A stretch of DNA of 64,000 bases from Patescibacteria group bacterium (GCA_045541795.1 JAZQJV010000018.1:197134-261133); one strand, 5' to 3'; counted from the stretch's first letter, positions 10,079-19,781 are shown. Notes: generated by a model not told the origin, from the letters alone. A program made the numbers and translations.

Positions 10079-10230
10079 AACTTTTTTGTGTAGCACGAAA
10101 TGCCACACGTGTGGCATTACTTTTCATTTTTCGCCTGGTAAATATATCATAAACTGTGTGGCATTTTGCGCCTTTTGTGTGGCACTGGCGCAGTAGCGTG
10201 TGGCATTTTGAGCACAAAATGTGTACAATC
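10079..10230. repeat. Direct repeat copy 2 (about 150 bp) with five GTGTGGCA(C/T)T units
   Basis: Same sequence as 7847-7978 with one extra iteron unit (gtgtggcattttgcgcctttt). Confidence 0.8.
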
Positions 10231-11338
10231 ACTGCCAGTAAACGTCCAGCTGCGTCGTCCCCAACTTATACTTTTCCGCTGTCTGTGTCAGCGCCTCAAA
10301 TCTCGCTGCCAATGCACCGGCACTCGCTTCCCGCCAAAAAAGCTGTAAGTGCCCCGGTTCATCAGTCAGGATCATTTCTGGCTCTAGTAGTGCCAATATT
10401 TCATCATGAAAATCGAGCATATTATAATAGACGCTGGCTTGATATTTTGGCCGGACCTGGAAAATCGCCGCCCACTGCTGTCCATCATTTATGCTTACAG
10501 GCGCCAAATAGCTCGCCTTTGCTGTCAGCCCCGCAGACGCAGCGTTTATCCGCGCTGTAAGTGAGTAATCTAAAGTCGCCACCGTACAAACGTGGGCATC
10601 TAAGTATTGATGCGGGCTCATACTGTCACGCAGATAATAATGACACTCCAGCATTCTGGTGGTGGGGAAAGCGGACACCGTAGCCGTGACGGCTTCCAAA
10701 AAACCGTCCACGGGCAAACGTAACTCATCGTCTAGCTGTACCATCTGGAAAGGTAACGTGATGGCCGGGCGCGCCGATTCGTCTGTTGGCAAAAACTGCG
10801 ATAGATAATGATGACGCTCATCCGCGATCACTACCAACGCCAGATCGATACCAATTATCAATACGGTGGCCAGCGAATAGATAAAAAGTAATCCGCTTTT
10901 GATAAATACCTCACTTTTTGCCTTAAGTAAAGCGCGGCCAAGAATGCTGCTGAGGGTAAAAAGGATCGCGGGCGCCAGGCAGAGGGTCTCAAATAAATAC
11001 GGTACCGCTAAAGGGTCAAAAGGCCAGACAGCCCCAAAAGCTAAGGCCCACCACCCTACGTAAGCGACGAGTTGTGCTACCACACTCAAAAGTCCTAGTG
11101 TCTGGACCAGTAGTAAGTGATGAAAAATGAGCAGCCCGCACGCTCGCGTCAAGCTCGCCCACAATGCCGTCACAAGCCCCAGGCACATCAGTACAGAGGC
11201 TAATGGCGGCACACCGCCAGCAAATAGGCAACTTGTCGCCGCCACAATCAACAAAGCGATGCCAAGAAAAGACAGTAGCGAAAAAACACGTTGCCAGGCA
11301 AAAAGCGGTGAGTGAGTCTTTAACTTCATAAAGATCAT
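10229..11338 (-). CDS. Hypothetical polytopic membrane protein with C-terminal soluble domain
   Basis: About five N-terminal TM helices followed by a soluble domain of about 200 aa; no recognisable motif. Confidence 0.5.
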   Translation of the reverse strand: MIFMKLKTHSPLFAWQRVFSLLSFLGIALLIVAATSCLFAGGVPPLASVLMCLGLVTALWASLTRACGLLIFHHLLLVQTLGLLSVVAQLVAYVGWWALAFGAVWPFDPLAVPYLFETLCLAPAILFTLSSILGRALLKAKSEVFIKSGLLFIYSLATVLIIGIDLALVVIADERHHYLSQFLPTDESARPAITLPFQMVQLDDELRLPVDGFLEAVTATVSAFPTTRMLECHYYLRDSMSPHQYLDAHVCTVATLDYSLTARINAASAGLTAKASYLAPVSINDGQQWAAIFQVRPKYQASVYYNMLDFHDEILALLEPEMILTDEPGHLQLFWREASAGALAARFEALTQTAEKYKLGTTQLDVYWQ

Positions 11339-11368
11339 TATAGCACAGATTATACGACCGAGACAGCC

Positions 11369-12571
11369 TTAATAATCAATGCTATTGCCAGTGGGCACGA
11401 GGCTAATCCAGATTTTGCCGCGAGGAATGCTGTAGGCCTTACCAGTGCTCGTGGTAAACTGCAACTCGCTTTCGCGTGATTTCTTTGACCATTTGATCGG
11501 CGTGGCCTCACCACCAAAAAAGTGAATCCCATCACCCTTAGAAATTACGTCATACATCATGTGCTTGAGCTCATCAATCGGGCCTTCTTCATCCACATGC
11601 ATCACGATCACGTTGTCATAAGCAAGCGGTTCATCATTATTGAGATCTGTCTGCGCCACGCCGCCATTGGAGCGCAAGTACTTGCCACTGCTGGCGTCAT
11701 ATTTCCACTCCACATCAAATTGTGACAGACCGCTCCAAAACTGATAGCTGACAGTCTGCGCGCCGCTACCGGCTTCCTCATCACTAAAGCTCCAGCCTTC
11801 AAAGCCGTCAGCCCAGTCAGTGCCGTCTACGGTTTTACTGCCTACCTTGGTGGCGGGAGACATATTTGTCCAGCCACGCTTGGCGGCCACTTCCCACAGC
11901 TTTTCGGTGCTAGTGGTCATCGTGTGCTCCGTGGCGATGTCTTTGCCAGGGATACGGTTGTAGTCACGGATAAAAGTAGGATAGCCGACACTAAACTGAT
12001 TAATGTCATTTTCACCAGTCCAGCCGTAATCAGTCAGCTGCCCGAGAGCGTTAGCTGGACCTTCAAGGTTGGCGCCACCCACGTGTACATACATCGGCCG
12101 GTTGAATCCTGACGCTAAATTAATAAAGTAAGTCCGAGCTGAACGGATTGGCGCCAGTGTCACGTCTTCACTTTGGGCATCACAGTAAAAAAGACCCATA
12201 AATCGGGTAATTCCGCCCTCAGCCACTGCTTCAAAAACCACATCTGCCCGCGATAGTCCCGACTGCGGCCGCGCATCTACGGAATTTTCGATCATTACGG
12301 CCAGTGGGCGGCGCGCGGCCCAGGCCTGCTGCTCTGGCTCAGTATACATCACGCCGTTGAGCGGACACTCCTGAGTTTTTGGTAAACTCTCAATGCCAGC
12401 AATTAACGATTCGTCTTCCTCCACTACTTCCTCAGCAACGGGCGCGGGCGTCGGCTCAGATTTGGGTGCGGCAGTGCTGCTAAAAAGCCGGAAGACCACC
12501 GTCGATAGCCCTAGCGAAATCAAGAAAAACGCTACCGGGATTAAATAAAGAAAATAATTATTTTTTTTCAT
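11369..12571 (-). CDS. DUF3048-domain lipoprotein (YerB-like)
   Basis: N-terminal signal/TM, then RPLAVMIENS..ARPQSGLSRADVVFEAVAEGGITRFMGLF, which matches the DUF3048 signature. Confidence 0.6.
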   Translation of the reverse strand: MKKNNYFLYLIPVAFFLISLGLSTVVFRLFSSTAAPKSEPTPAPVAEEVVEEDESLIAGIESLPKTQECPLNGVMYTEPEQQAWAARRPLAVMIENSVDARPQSGLSRADVVFEAVAEGGITRFMGLFYCDAQSEDVTLAPIRSARTYFINLASGFNRPMYVHVGGANLEGPANALGQLTDYGWTGENDINQFSVGYPTFIRDYNRIPGKDIATEHTMTTSTEKLWEVAAKRGWTNMSPATKVGSKTVDGTDWADGFEGWSFSDEEAGSGAQTVSYQFWSGLSQFDVEWKYDASSGKYLRSNGGVAQTDLNNDEPLAYDNVIVMHVDEEGPIDELKHMMYDVISKGDGIHFFGGEATPIKWSKKSRESELQFTTSTGKAYSIPRGKIWISLVPTGNSIDY

Positions 12572-12598
12572 GTCTATTCCTTGTCTTTCTTGTTTCCC

Positions 12599-12814
12599 TT
12601 ATCTATTGGCCGCCACTACGATTCCCAAAATCACCAAAATCGTGAGCGTCGCCCAGGCCGTCCTTTTAAGGTCAGCGGCAAAAACGCTTGCTGGAAAACC
12701 GTAAAAGTCCACTTGCTCTATTTTACCACGATTTGGCGCACTTGTCACCTCTGCTTGCGCCAGCTCTCGTGCTGCTTGCCGCTGCCGTCTGTTTTTTTTG
12801 TGTTTTTTCGTCAT
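12599..12814 (-). CDS. Small basic membrane protein (71 aa), hypothetical
   Basis: Same strand as, and sandwiched between, rseP and the DUF3048 gene. Has a C-terminal TM segment. Confidence 0.3.
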   Translation of the reverse strand: MTKKHKKNRRQRQAARELAQAEVTSAPNRGKIEQVDFYGFPASVFAADLKRTAWATLTILVILGIVVAANR

Positions 12815-12815
12815 T

Positions 12816-13946
12816 TTAGCCTCCCTTTGTCAGGCGCATCACGTCAGCGATCGTGATGAGCGCCGCCAAGATCATGATCCCGATAAATCCGATATAATTA
12901 AGCATTCCTTCTACCTTAGCTATCCGCGCTCGGCCGAAGGCCTTCTCACAAATAATCAAAAACAACCGCCCACCGTCTACCGCTGGGATCGGCAGCAAAT
13001 TAATGATCCCGAGGTTAAGTGACAAAAACCCAGCAAATGACACAATTTCCATCAGTCCTTGCTCAAAGGTTTTGGCACGGGCCAGCTCACCGACAATGCC
13101 TACCGGCCCCATCAACACCGCTTGCTTGGGCTCGCGGGAAAATAGCTGTCGTAGCGCCACGCCAAGCCCCTGTAACATCTGCCAAGACAGTCGCAACGAC
13201 TGTCGACCACCGTAATAAACGCTATACGGCAATTGCTGATACCAGGGGTAATGAAAATCTTGATAATTGGTCATCGCGATGCCCAAAGCGCCGCCACCGG
13301 CCGGAATTTCCTCCGCGCCCCGCAGCCTGGCCTCATAAGTGGCTAAGTTATCGCTACACACACCATTGCTGCAACTATCATCGAGCGTGATCGAGATCTC
13401 GCTCCCCAGCCTCTCTCGGGTAAACCCAGCTACGTCCTCCATTTGCTGCACCTGCAAACTACTGCTCGCATCCGCCACACTGACAATCCGCGCGCCTACA
13501 GGCAGCTGCAATCTGTCCGCCGGTGAACCTGGCTCTAAGTAATCAATAAATACCATCCCTGGTACCTCTCGCGGAATCCCGTAGACTGAGTAAGCGATCA
13601 TAAAAACTATGGCCGCCAGCACTAGATTGACCAGCGGGCCGGCCAAAATCACCAAAAACCGCTGCCAGGCAGGCTTAGTGTAGAATTCACCATCCGTGAT
13701 CTCGATCCCCGGCTGGGCGGGTGCATTTTCCCCGCTCAAGTTCACGTAGCCGCCCAACGGGATCAAATTAAGCACAAAATCAGTCTCCAGCCATCGGCCC
13801 AATTTCACCAGGCGCGGCGGGAAACCGATCCCAAATTCCTCCACCCGCACGCGGAAAAACTTCGCCACCAAAAAATGTCCCAGTTCGTGTACAATTACCA
13901 GAACAGCCAAAATCAGCAAATAGATAAGTATCGTCACCAAAGTCAT
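12816..13946 (-). CDS. rseP: Site-2 protease, RIP zinc metalloprotease RseP
   Basis: HELGH zinc motif in TM1, PDZ region and a C-terminal LPIPAVDGG-type motif (NLLPIPAVDGGRLF). Internal ATG at 13946 taken as start. Confidence 0.8.
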   Translation of the reverse strand: MTLVTILIYLLILAVLVIVHELGHFLVAKFFRVRVEEFGIGFPPRLVKLGRWLETDFVLNLIPLGGYVNLSGENAPAQPGIEITDGEFYTKPAWQRFLVILAGPLVNLVLAAIVFMIAYSVYGIPREVPGMVFIDYLEPGSPADRLQLPVGARIVSVADASSSLQVQQMEDVAGFTRERLGSEISITLDDSCSNGVCSDNLATYEARLRGAEEIPAGGGALGIAMTNYQDFHYPWYQQLPYSVYYGGRQSLRLSWQMLQGLGVALRQLFSREPKQAVLMGPVGIVGELARAKTFEQGLMEIVSFAGFLSLNLGIINLLPIPAVDGGRLFLIICEKAFGRARIAKVEGMLNYIGFIGIMILAALITIADVMRLTKGG

Positions 13947-14494
13947 ATTTTGAGTAATTCTTTTTGCTTGGCCGCAGCCCACTGTTCTACTTGATCAATG
14001 AGTTTTTTTGTCTCATCTTCCAATTTCACCAGATCGGCCTTGATATTGTCTTCGCTGACTCCGGCCTGGCCTTTTTGCGCTTCAATGTCACGCTTAGTAT
14101 CTGCGCGCAGCGAGCGGATCATGACTTTACCCGCTTCGACTTTTTGGCTGAGCGTCTTGACTAGCTTTTCCCGATCCTCACCCGTCAGCGGCGGGACGCT
14201 GATCCGGATAATGTCACCGTCTACCACCGGATTGAGATTGATCCCGGCCGTCTGGATACCTTTTTCGATCGCCCCGAGCACCGATTTATCCCAGGGAGAA
14301 ACAATCAACATCGTCGGGTCTGACACGCTAATTGCTGCCAGCTCCGTCACCTTCATCACACTGCCGTAAGCCTCCACCTTGACGCCATCCAAAAGTTGCG
14401 GACTGGCTCCGCCGGTGCGCAAACTGCCAATATCCTCCCGGATCACGTCAAGCGCTTTCTTTCCTGATTCGCCAAAAGCCTTAAAGTCAAACAT
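13943..14494 (-). CDS. frr: Ribosome recycling factor
   Basis: Full-length RRF (183 aa) with conserved VKVEAYG...LA.ISV.DP..L.I.PWDKS core. Confidence 0.9.
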   Translation of the reverse strand: MFDFKAFGESGKKALDVIREDIGSLRTGGASPQLLDGVKVEAYGSVMKVTELAAISVSDPTMLIVSPWDKSVLGAIEKGIQTAGINLNPVVDGDIIRISVPPLTGEDREKLVKTLSQKVEAGKVMIRSLRADTKRDIEAQKGQAGVSEDNIKADLVKLEDETKKLIDQVEQWAAAKQKELLKI

Positions 14495-14578
14495 AAATTC
14501 CTTCTAGTTGAACGTATTATACCGCAGTTTTGCCAAATTTGCCGACCAATTTTCCAATTCACCTGCTATAATACCACT

Positions 14579-15277
14579 ATGTCAGTCTACATTTATCATG
14601 GTGACGATACCGCCGACTCCTTCGCCCATTACCAGGCCAAACTTGACGAGTTACGTGCCCAAAATTTTACCATTACCAGTCTTGACGGCAAAAAAGACAC
14701 ACTGGCCGCCCTGAGTGATGCCCTAGACAGCCAAGACCTTTTTGCCGGGCCGCGCGCGCTCGCCATCACTGCCCTGCTTTCTCGTCCCAAATCCAAAATC
14801 CGTGACGAGTGGTGTCGGCAAATCGCGGCTGCTGATCTGGAAGTCCTCGTCTGGGCCGACAAAAAACTCACTCCCGCCACCCTCAAACTTTTCCCGGCCG
14901 CCCAGGTCTACGCCAGTCGTGACCAAAAAGCCATTTGGGAAGCCGTCGCCCTCCTTACGGCCGATAATAATAACGAAAGGTTTATCACGGCGGTAGAAAA
15001 AGCGATCCAGCAAGCCGACTCTAGCAGTGACCCGGGAATATATTTGACGGCTACTTTTTTGTGGCAAATCCAACAGCTTATAGATGTCAGCTTAGGACAC
15101 TTTCACGGCGCTCCTTTTGCCCGCACCCGCTTACAAAATCAGGCGGGACGCATCGGTCTGCCGGCCCTTTACCGACTCCACCAAAAACTGATTGAGCTTG
15201 ATTTTCGGGCAAAAACTGGTCAGTTATCATTACCCGTCAGTAAGGAACTTATATTAATTTTAACAGCAACGATATAG
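14579..15277 (+). CDS. Putative DNA polymerase III delta subunit (HolA-like, short form)
   Basis: N-terminal IYHGDD...LF.GPRALAI pattern typical of HolA N-domain. Weak similarity only. Confidence 0.4.
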   Translation: MSVYIYHGDDTADSFAHYQAKLDELRAQNFTITSLDGKKDTLAALSDALDSQDLFAGPRALAITALLSRPKSKIRDEWCRQIAAADLEVLVWADKKLTPATLKLFPAAQVYASRDQKAIWEAVALLTADNNNERFITAVEKAIQQADSSSDPGIYLTATFLWQIQQLIDVSLGHFHGAPFARTRLQNQAGRIGLPALYRLHQKLIELDFRAKTGQLSLPVSKELILILTATI

Positions 15278-15293
15278 TAGGCTAGAGTTTATA

Positions 15294-15333
15294 AAAATTG
15301 CCTCTTGACAAAAAGCCCATAATGTGGTATAAT
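15294..15333 (+). promoter_or_regulatory. Extended promoter motif AAATTGCCTCTTGACAAAA-N-TGGTATAAT
   Basis: TTGACA at 15305-15310, 17-bp spacer, TATAAT at 15328-15333, with conserved upstream AAATTGCCTC. Confidence 0.6.
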
Positions 15334-15492
15334 AAACGTAGTTTACCTTGAACTACCGTTCTTTAACAGCCAAAACAGGATCGAAAATAGATCATCAACG
15401 CGGCTACCCACCAGAGGTAGTCACAAAAAACACGTCGTGACCTATAAGGTCACCACAATTATAAATTAGTCACTAATAATTAATAATCTTAA

Positions 15493-15873
15493 TTATTCTT
15501 GAGAAAAATGCGCTAAGGGATCTAAAAGTCGCCGCCAAGCTGTATCCGGGCTTTCTTCCTCTGTCACAAACTCGGGCACACCGCCTGGCACGTATTCAAA
15601 AGTCGCCAAATCCAAATTACCTTCACCTGGATTTTTGTATAAATTAGTATCCCGGATCAGTTTTTCCTGATTGAGCGGCTCGCCGGCCAAGTCGAGCTCA
15701 CTTTGACGCTGCAAAAGTTGCAGCTGGAGCTTTTCTTTTTCGCGCTGGCTCGCCAGCACCGCCTGATGTGTGGCCTGTTGTCTTTGTCCACTTACCTGCA
15801 GTGAACCCAAAAAACTGCCGGCCAGAAGGAGAATGAAAACAGTGATCAGGATGCGCGGCAGCATTTTTTTCAT
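15493..15873 (-). CDS. Hypothetical TM plus coiled-coil protein, possibly FtsB/DivIC-like septum formation initiator
   Basis: N-terminal TM (ILITVFILLLAGSFLG) followed by a Q/L-rich coiled coil. Confidence 0.35.
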   Translation of the reverse strand: MKKMLPRILITVFILLLAGSFLGSLQVSGQRQQATHQAVLASQREKEKLQLQLLQRQSELDLAGEPLNQEKLIRDTNLYKNPGEGNLDLATFEYVPGGVPEFVTEEESPDTAWRRLLDPLAHFSQE

Positions 15874-15904
15874 ATAGTATTTATTATAGAGAAAGAGAGA
15901 ACTT

Positions 15905-16777
15905 ATGTCAAATCTTACAGTCCAAGATGGAGAAAAACTTTTTAATGATTATTTAACGGCCAGCGGTAAGGCCCATGCTACTATTATCGCTTATTCAAAA
16001 GACATCGAGCAGTTGACGGAATTTCTGCTCGGTCGGGGTAAAACTCAAATGGAAGCCGTCGGTGTTGATGATCTGGAGGCCTATAAGGAATATCTGGGCA
16101 AGGTTTACCGCTCGGATAAAACGGTGTCCCGCAAAGTCAATTCCGTGAAGTCTTATTTCCGCTATCTATCGGATAATCACTACATCCCGGATAATCCTTC
16201 ACGCTTGGTGGCTCAGCCCCAGTGTGAACAGACTCCGCCTCGAGTACTCAGTAAAACCGAGTACCGCGCTTTGCGTGATGCCTGCCGGGGTGACGTCCGG
16301 ATGCTGGCAGTGGTAGAAACCCTGCTGCAGACCGGGATGCGTATCAGCGAGCTGGCCAACCTCAAACTTGATGACCTCGACTTTGACCGCGGTGTGATCA
16401 ACATCGAGACCGAAGACACGCATCTCAATCGTAAGGTGCCGCTCAATGAGACCGCGAAGAAAACACTTCAGGCTTACCTGAAAGTCCGCCCGCGCGCGCG
16501 CGAAAAGACCGTTTTCTTGACCAAGACCTGTAAACCATTTTTGGTACGCAATATCCGTAAGTCCCTGGATCGGTATTTCCGGCTGGCGGGCTTGGGTGCT
16601 GGGGTCAAGGTCAATGACCTGCGTCACACCTTTATCGTCGAGCAGTTGCGCGCCGGTTTACCAATGGTCTATGTCTCGCAGATCGTGGGTCACAAACGCC
16701 TCACGACCACGGAAAAATACTTAGCTTTCGTCAAGATTCCTGAGTATGATGCCAACATCAAAATTGAGACCCTGTAA
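15905..16777 (+). CDS. Tyrosine site-specific recombinase (XerC/XerD family)
   Basis: Catalytic R (GMRISE), DLRHTF box and HKRLTTTEKYL box II with the Tyr nucleophile. Confidence 0.8.
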   Translation: MSNLTVQDGEKLFNDYLTASGKAHATIIAYSKDIEQLTEFLLGRGKTQMEAVGVDDLEAYKEYLGKVYRSDKTVSRKVNSVKSYFRYLSDNHYIPDNPSRLVAQPQCEQTPPRVLSKTEYRALRDACRGDVRMLAVVETLLQTGMRISELANLKLDDLDFDRGVINIETEDTHLNRKVPLNETAKKTLQAYLKVRPRAREKTVFLTKTCKPFLVRNIRKSLDRYFRLAGLGAGVKVNDLRHTFIVEQLRAGLPMVYVSQIVGHKRLTTTEKYLAFVKIPEYDANIKIETL

Positions 16778-16794
16778 GGCTGTTAGAAAATCAA

Positions 16795-16826
16795 GAAAAA
16801 GGGCGAGCTTGTCTCGCCCTTTTTTT
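16795..16826 (+). terminator. Rho-independent terminator (GGGCGAGCTTGTCTCGCCC + T7)
   Basis: Perfect GC-rich hairpin followed by TTTTTTT. Two more hairpins follow at 16858-16922. Confidence 0.7.
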
Positions 16827-16977
16827 GGGTGAATTTGCCATTTCTGGCGGGTTTTGCCGCTTTTTTGGGGTACGCCGCCTTTTTCCCGCCAGCAAGTGCT
16901 GGAAAAACGCCCCTTGCGGGGCGTTTTTCCAAAGTTGTCTATTGACCCACTTGCGTGAAGTCCACATGTATTATACA

Positions 16978-17862
16978 TCAAATTTGGGTAATTGTATACT
17001 CTCTTTGCCCCAAACCGATGCTTTCGGCGTATTCCAAGATGTGACGGCCATGCTGACGCTCCACACGCGCGATAAAGTGATCGCGCCCGGGATCACCACT
17101 CGTCCAGATTTTGTCAATGCAAGCCTGATCAAGCGCCACCGGATCAAGGCTGGCCAAAATCCCGATGTCTTGCATGCATGGCGCTTCGGGATGAGAGTCA
17201 CAGTCACAATCTACGGATAAATTATTCATCACGTCGATGTAGACAATGGATTTGCCGCCTGCGGCCACGTAGTCCGCCACCGCTTTGGCGGCTTCTGCCA
17301 TGCTTTCCAGGAAAGCGTCTTGGGCGGGTAAATTGCTCCATACAGCAGCGGCATCAGTCATGCTGCCAGCCGAGTGGATAAGCGCCTTACCAGCAGTGGA
17401 GGCAAAACCGATGGACTGGTTTTTGAGCACGCCGCCAAAGCCGCCCATCTGGTGACCCTTGAAGTGGGCGAGATTGACGAAGGACTCATAGCGGTCAAAA
17501 TGCGAGCCGATAATGTCATACTCTAAGTGCTTGCCACCAGTAACCGGGATTTGTTTTTCACCGTCTTCATCCAAGATGTCTACCGGGGCGACGTCCAGGA
17601 ATCCGTGCTCCTTGATCGCTTGCCAGTGATCGGCGGTCTCTTGCCGGCGCCCGCCGTATGCGGTATTGCATTCCACGATCGTGGCGCCAAGCTCGTGGAC
17701 GAGATCAGCGATGAGCGTGGGCTGGAGGTAATTGTGCCCGCCCGGCTCACCCGTGGAGATTTTCACCGCTACAGGCGCTGCCTGGGCGACGCCGAGACTT
17801 TGGTAAATTTTTAGCAAAGCCTTGGCGCTAACTTCTGGTGTAAAATATACAGTTGCTGTCAT
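16978..17862 (-). CDS. Uncharacterised protein with Cys cluster (DUF362-like)
   Basis: 294 aa with a conserved DCDCDSH...C cysteine cluster. Family call is tentative. Confidence 0.35.
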   Translation of the reverse strand: MTATVYFTPEVSAKALLKIYQSLGVAQAAPVAVKISTGEPGGHNYLQPTLIADLVHELGATIVECNTAYGGRRQETADHWQAIKEHGFLDVAPVDILDEDGEKQIPVTGGKHLEYDIIGSHFDRYESFVNLAHFKGHQMGGFGGVLKNQSIGFASTAGKALIHSAGSMTDAAAVWSNLPAQDAFLESMAEAAKAVADYVAAGGKSIVYIDVMNNLSVDCDCDSHPEAPCMQDIGILASLDPVALDQACIDKIWTSGDPGRDHFIARVERQHGRHILEYAESIGLGQREYTITQI

Positions 17863-17872
17863 TTGTCCTTTC

Positions 17873-18034
17873 TTAACGTAGTCCTACGGCTTCGCAAAAC
17901 TTGAGCGCATCACACACGGCATTACCGACAGGCCCTTGGCCAAAAATCTGCCAGAAAAAGTAAAAAAGTGCCCCGATGATAGCCAAAGTAATCACCAAAG
18001 CCACAAATGCGGACGAGCCGCCACGTCGTTTCAT
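17873..18034 (-). CDS. Small membrane protein (53 aa), hypothetical
   Basis: ATG preceded by an AAAGGA Shine-Dalgarno sequence. One TM helix. Absent from the ORF track because shorter than 60 aa. Confidence 0.3.
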   Translation of the reverse strand: MKRRGGSSAFVALVITLAIIGALFYFFWQIFGQGPVGNAVCDALKFCEAVGLR

Positions 18035-18059
18035 CAGATCCTTTCTATGTACCGAAATT

Positions 18060-18148
18060 TGGCGGAAGTAGAGGGATTCGAACCCACGAAGCCATTTCTG
18101 GACTCACGCTTTCCAAGCGTGTGCAATTGACCACTATGCGATACTTCC
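18060..18148 (-). tRNA. tRNA-Ser (anticodon GGA), long variable arm, 89 nt
   Basis: Cloverleaf folds. Anticodon loop TTGGAAA. T-arm GGTTCGAATCC. Long extra arm. Confidence 0.85.
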
Positions 18149-18206
18149 TTTGTTAAAGTTCTCGTATTTTACCACGACCATGCCCAAAATGCAAGCGGAC
18201 ATCAGC

Positions 18207-19781
18207 TCACCAGCGCAGAGTAATGTCACAGTCATCGTCAGTGAAGTCAAAGTAGCCTTCATCATCGTAGCAACTGGGGCCGCTCTCAAGCGCGCTGGTA
18301 TCCAGCGGGGGAAACTGGACCCTGTTTTGCGCTCGGCGCTTTTTGTTAGTCTGGACGGCAGCATTGACACTGCCATCCTCACCAAAAAGCAATGCTTGCT
18401 CGCCCGCACGGATGGGTACCGGCGGTAGGGGAGTGGTCAGGATTCTTTCGCCGTCTCCGCCGTCGCTAAAGCATTGATAGTATTCGATCACACGCTGATT
18501 GCAGATGATGTCGGCCATGGTGATTGGTTTTGTGAGGATCAGCCCTTCCAAACTCGTCACCCGGGAGAGCGCTACATAGGTCTGCCCCGCGGCAAAAGAA
18601 GGCCTTGATAAATCCAGGGTCAATTTGTCAAAAGTCAAGCCCTGAGCCTTGTGAATCGTGACCGCCCATGCTGGTTTGATGGGCAGCTGCTCATAAGTGC
18701 CATAAGTCTGATGGATGATTTTGCGCTGCTCGCGGTCGTATACCGCTCTGGTATCTTCCCAGGTGAAAGGATGGACGTCTACGATTTGTCCGTTATCCAG
18801 GCGGACATCTACGTAATCTTCGAAACATTGATATACTGCTCCCATGGAACCGTTTACCCAACGATTTTTGGGATCGTTGCTAAGAAGCATCACCCGCGCG
18901 CCGGGCTTGAGCACCAGATTGATCGGCGTGGGGAAGTCGCGCTCATTATAATTGCCAGTGGAATGACCTTTATAAGTATACGGCTGATCAGGGATCCGGC
19001 GCATGTGGATGGAGTTAATATTGTCTGCGCCTCGTCTGGTGGTGGTGAGCACAGTGCTGGAATCATCGAGGTTGGCGGGGTCAAATCGACCACTAATGAC
19101 CCGGGTGTTGAGCAGTGCTAAGTCAGCGGCGCTTAGTGACCCATCACGCACTCGGTGCAGTACACGGATAAACTTATCATCATGCTGACGGTATACATGG
19201 CTAAGTTCACAAAAGTACATATTGGCTAAGTGAGTGGTTGCCATCGAGTAGAAGACTTCTGAAGCAAAAAAGTACTCATGAGCGTAAAATTCCCTAAAAG
19301 TGGCCTCTTCTGCGCGCGAACACACGGGCGGTAGCTGGAAAAGATCACCAAAACACACCAGCCGTACTCCGCCAAATGGTAAGTTACTGCCGCGGGTGAT
19401 ATTCATGTATTCATTCAAAGCATCGAAAAGATCAGCTCGCACCATGGAAATTTCGTCAATAATCATCACATCCAAGCTGGCGCAAAACTCTCGCCGCTCA
19501 CGGCTGATTTTAGTGCGATTTTTCTTGACGTGCTCGGGCGTCACGGTGCCGCCCAAATGCATCATGTGATGAATCGTCTCGCCGCCGACATTGATAGCAG
19601 CGATCCCGGTAGGCGCCGTCACTACATAATTTAAGTCTTCGTCCTCGAGGAGAGCGACGTATTCACGAAGCAGTGTGGATTTACCAGTACCAGCCGGCCC
19701 GTAAATAAAAACGTTCCGATCAGTATTTTCTAGTATATCCCAGACTTTGCTTCTGGCCGGGTTTTCATTTTCCATAATCAC
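18207..19781 (-). CDS. PIF1/RecD-like superfamily 1 DNA helicase
   Basis: Walker A GPAGTGKST, DEISM, QLPPV and TIHKAQGLTFD motifs of the Pif1 family. Confidence 0.8.
   Translation of the reverse strand: MIMENENPARSKVWDILENTDRNVFIYGPAGTGKSTLLREYVALLEDEDLNYVVTAPTGIAAINVGGETIHHMMHLGGTVTPEHVKKNRTKISRERREFCASLDVMIIDEISMVRADLFDALNEYMNITRGSNLPFGGVRLVCFGDLFQLPPVCSRAEEATFREFYAHEYFFASEVFYSMATTHLANMYFCELSHVYRQHDDKFIRVLHRVRDGSLSAADLALLNTRVISGRFDPANLDDSSTVLTTTRRGADNINSIHMRRIPDQPYTYKGHSTGNYNERDFPTPINLVLKPGARVMLLSNDPKNRWVNGSMGAVYQCFEDYVDVRLDNGQIVDVHPFTWEDTRAVYDREQRKIIHQTYGTYEQLPIKPAWAVTIHKAQGLTFDKLTLDLSRPSFAAGQTYVALSRVTSLEGLILTKPITMADIICNQRVIEYYQCFSDGGDGERILTTPLPPVPIRAGEQALLFGEDGSVNAAVQTNKKRRAQNRVQFPPLDTSALESGPSCYDDEGYFDFTDDDCDITLRW

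Noticed and set aside
10156-10560. 134-aa ORF starting inside direct repeat copy 2 (MWHFAPFVWHW...)
   Set aside because: Generated by the GTGTGGCA iterons read as codons. It overlaps the 3-prime end of the membrane-protein gene on the opposite strand.
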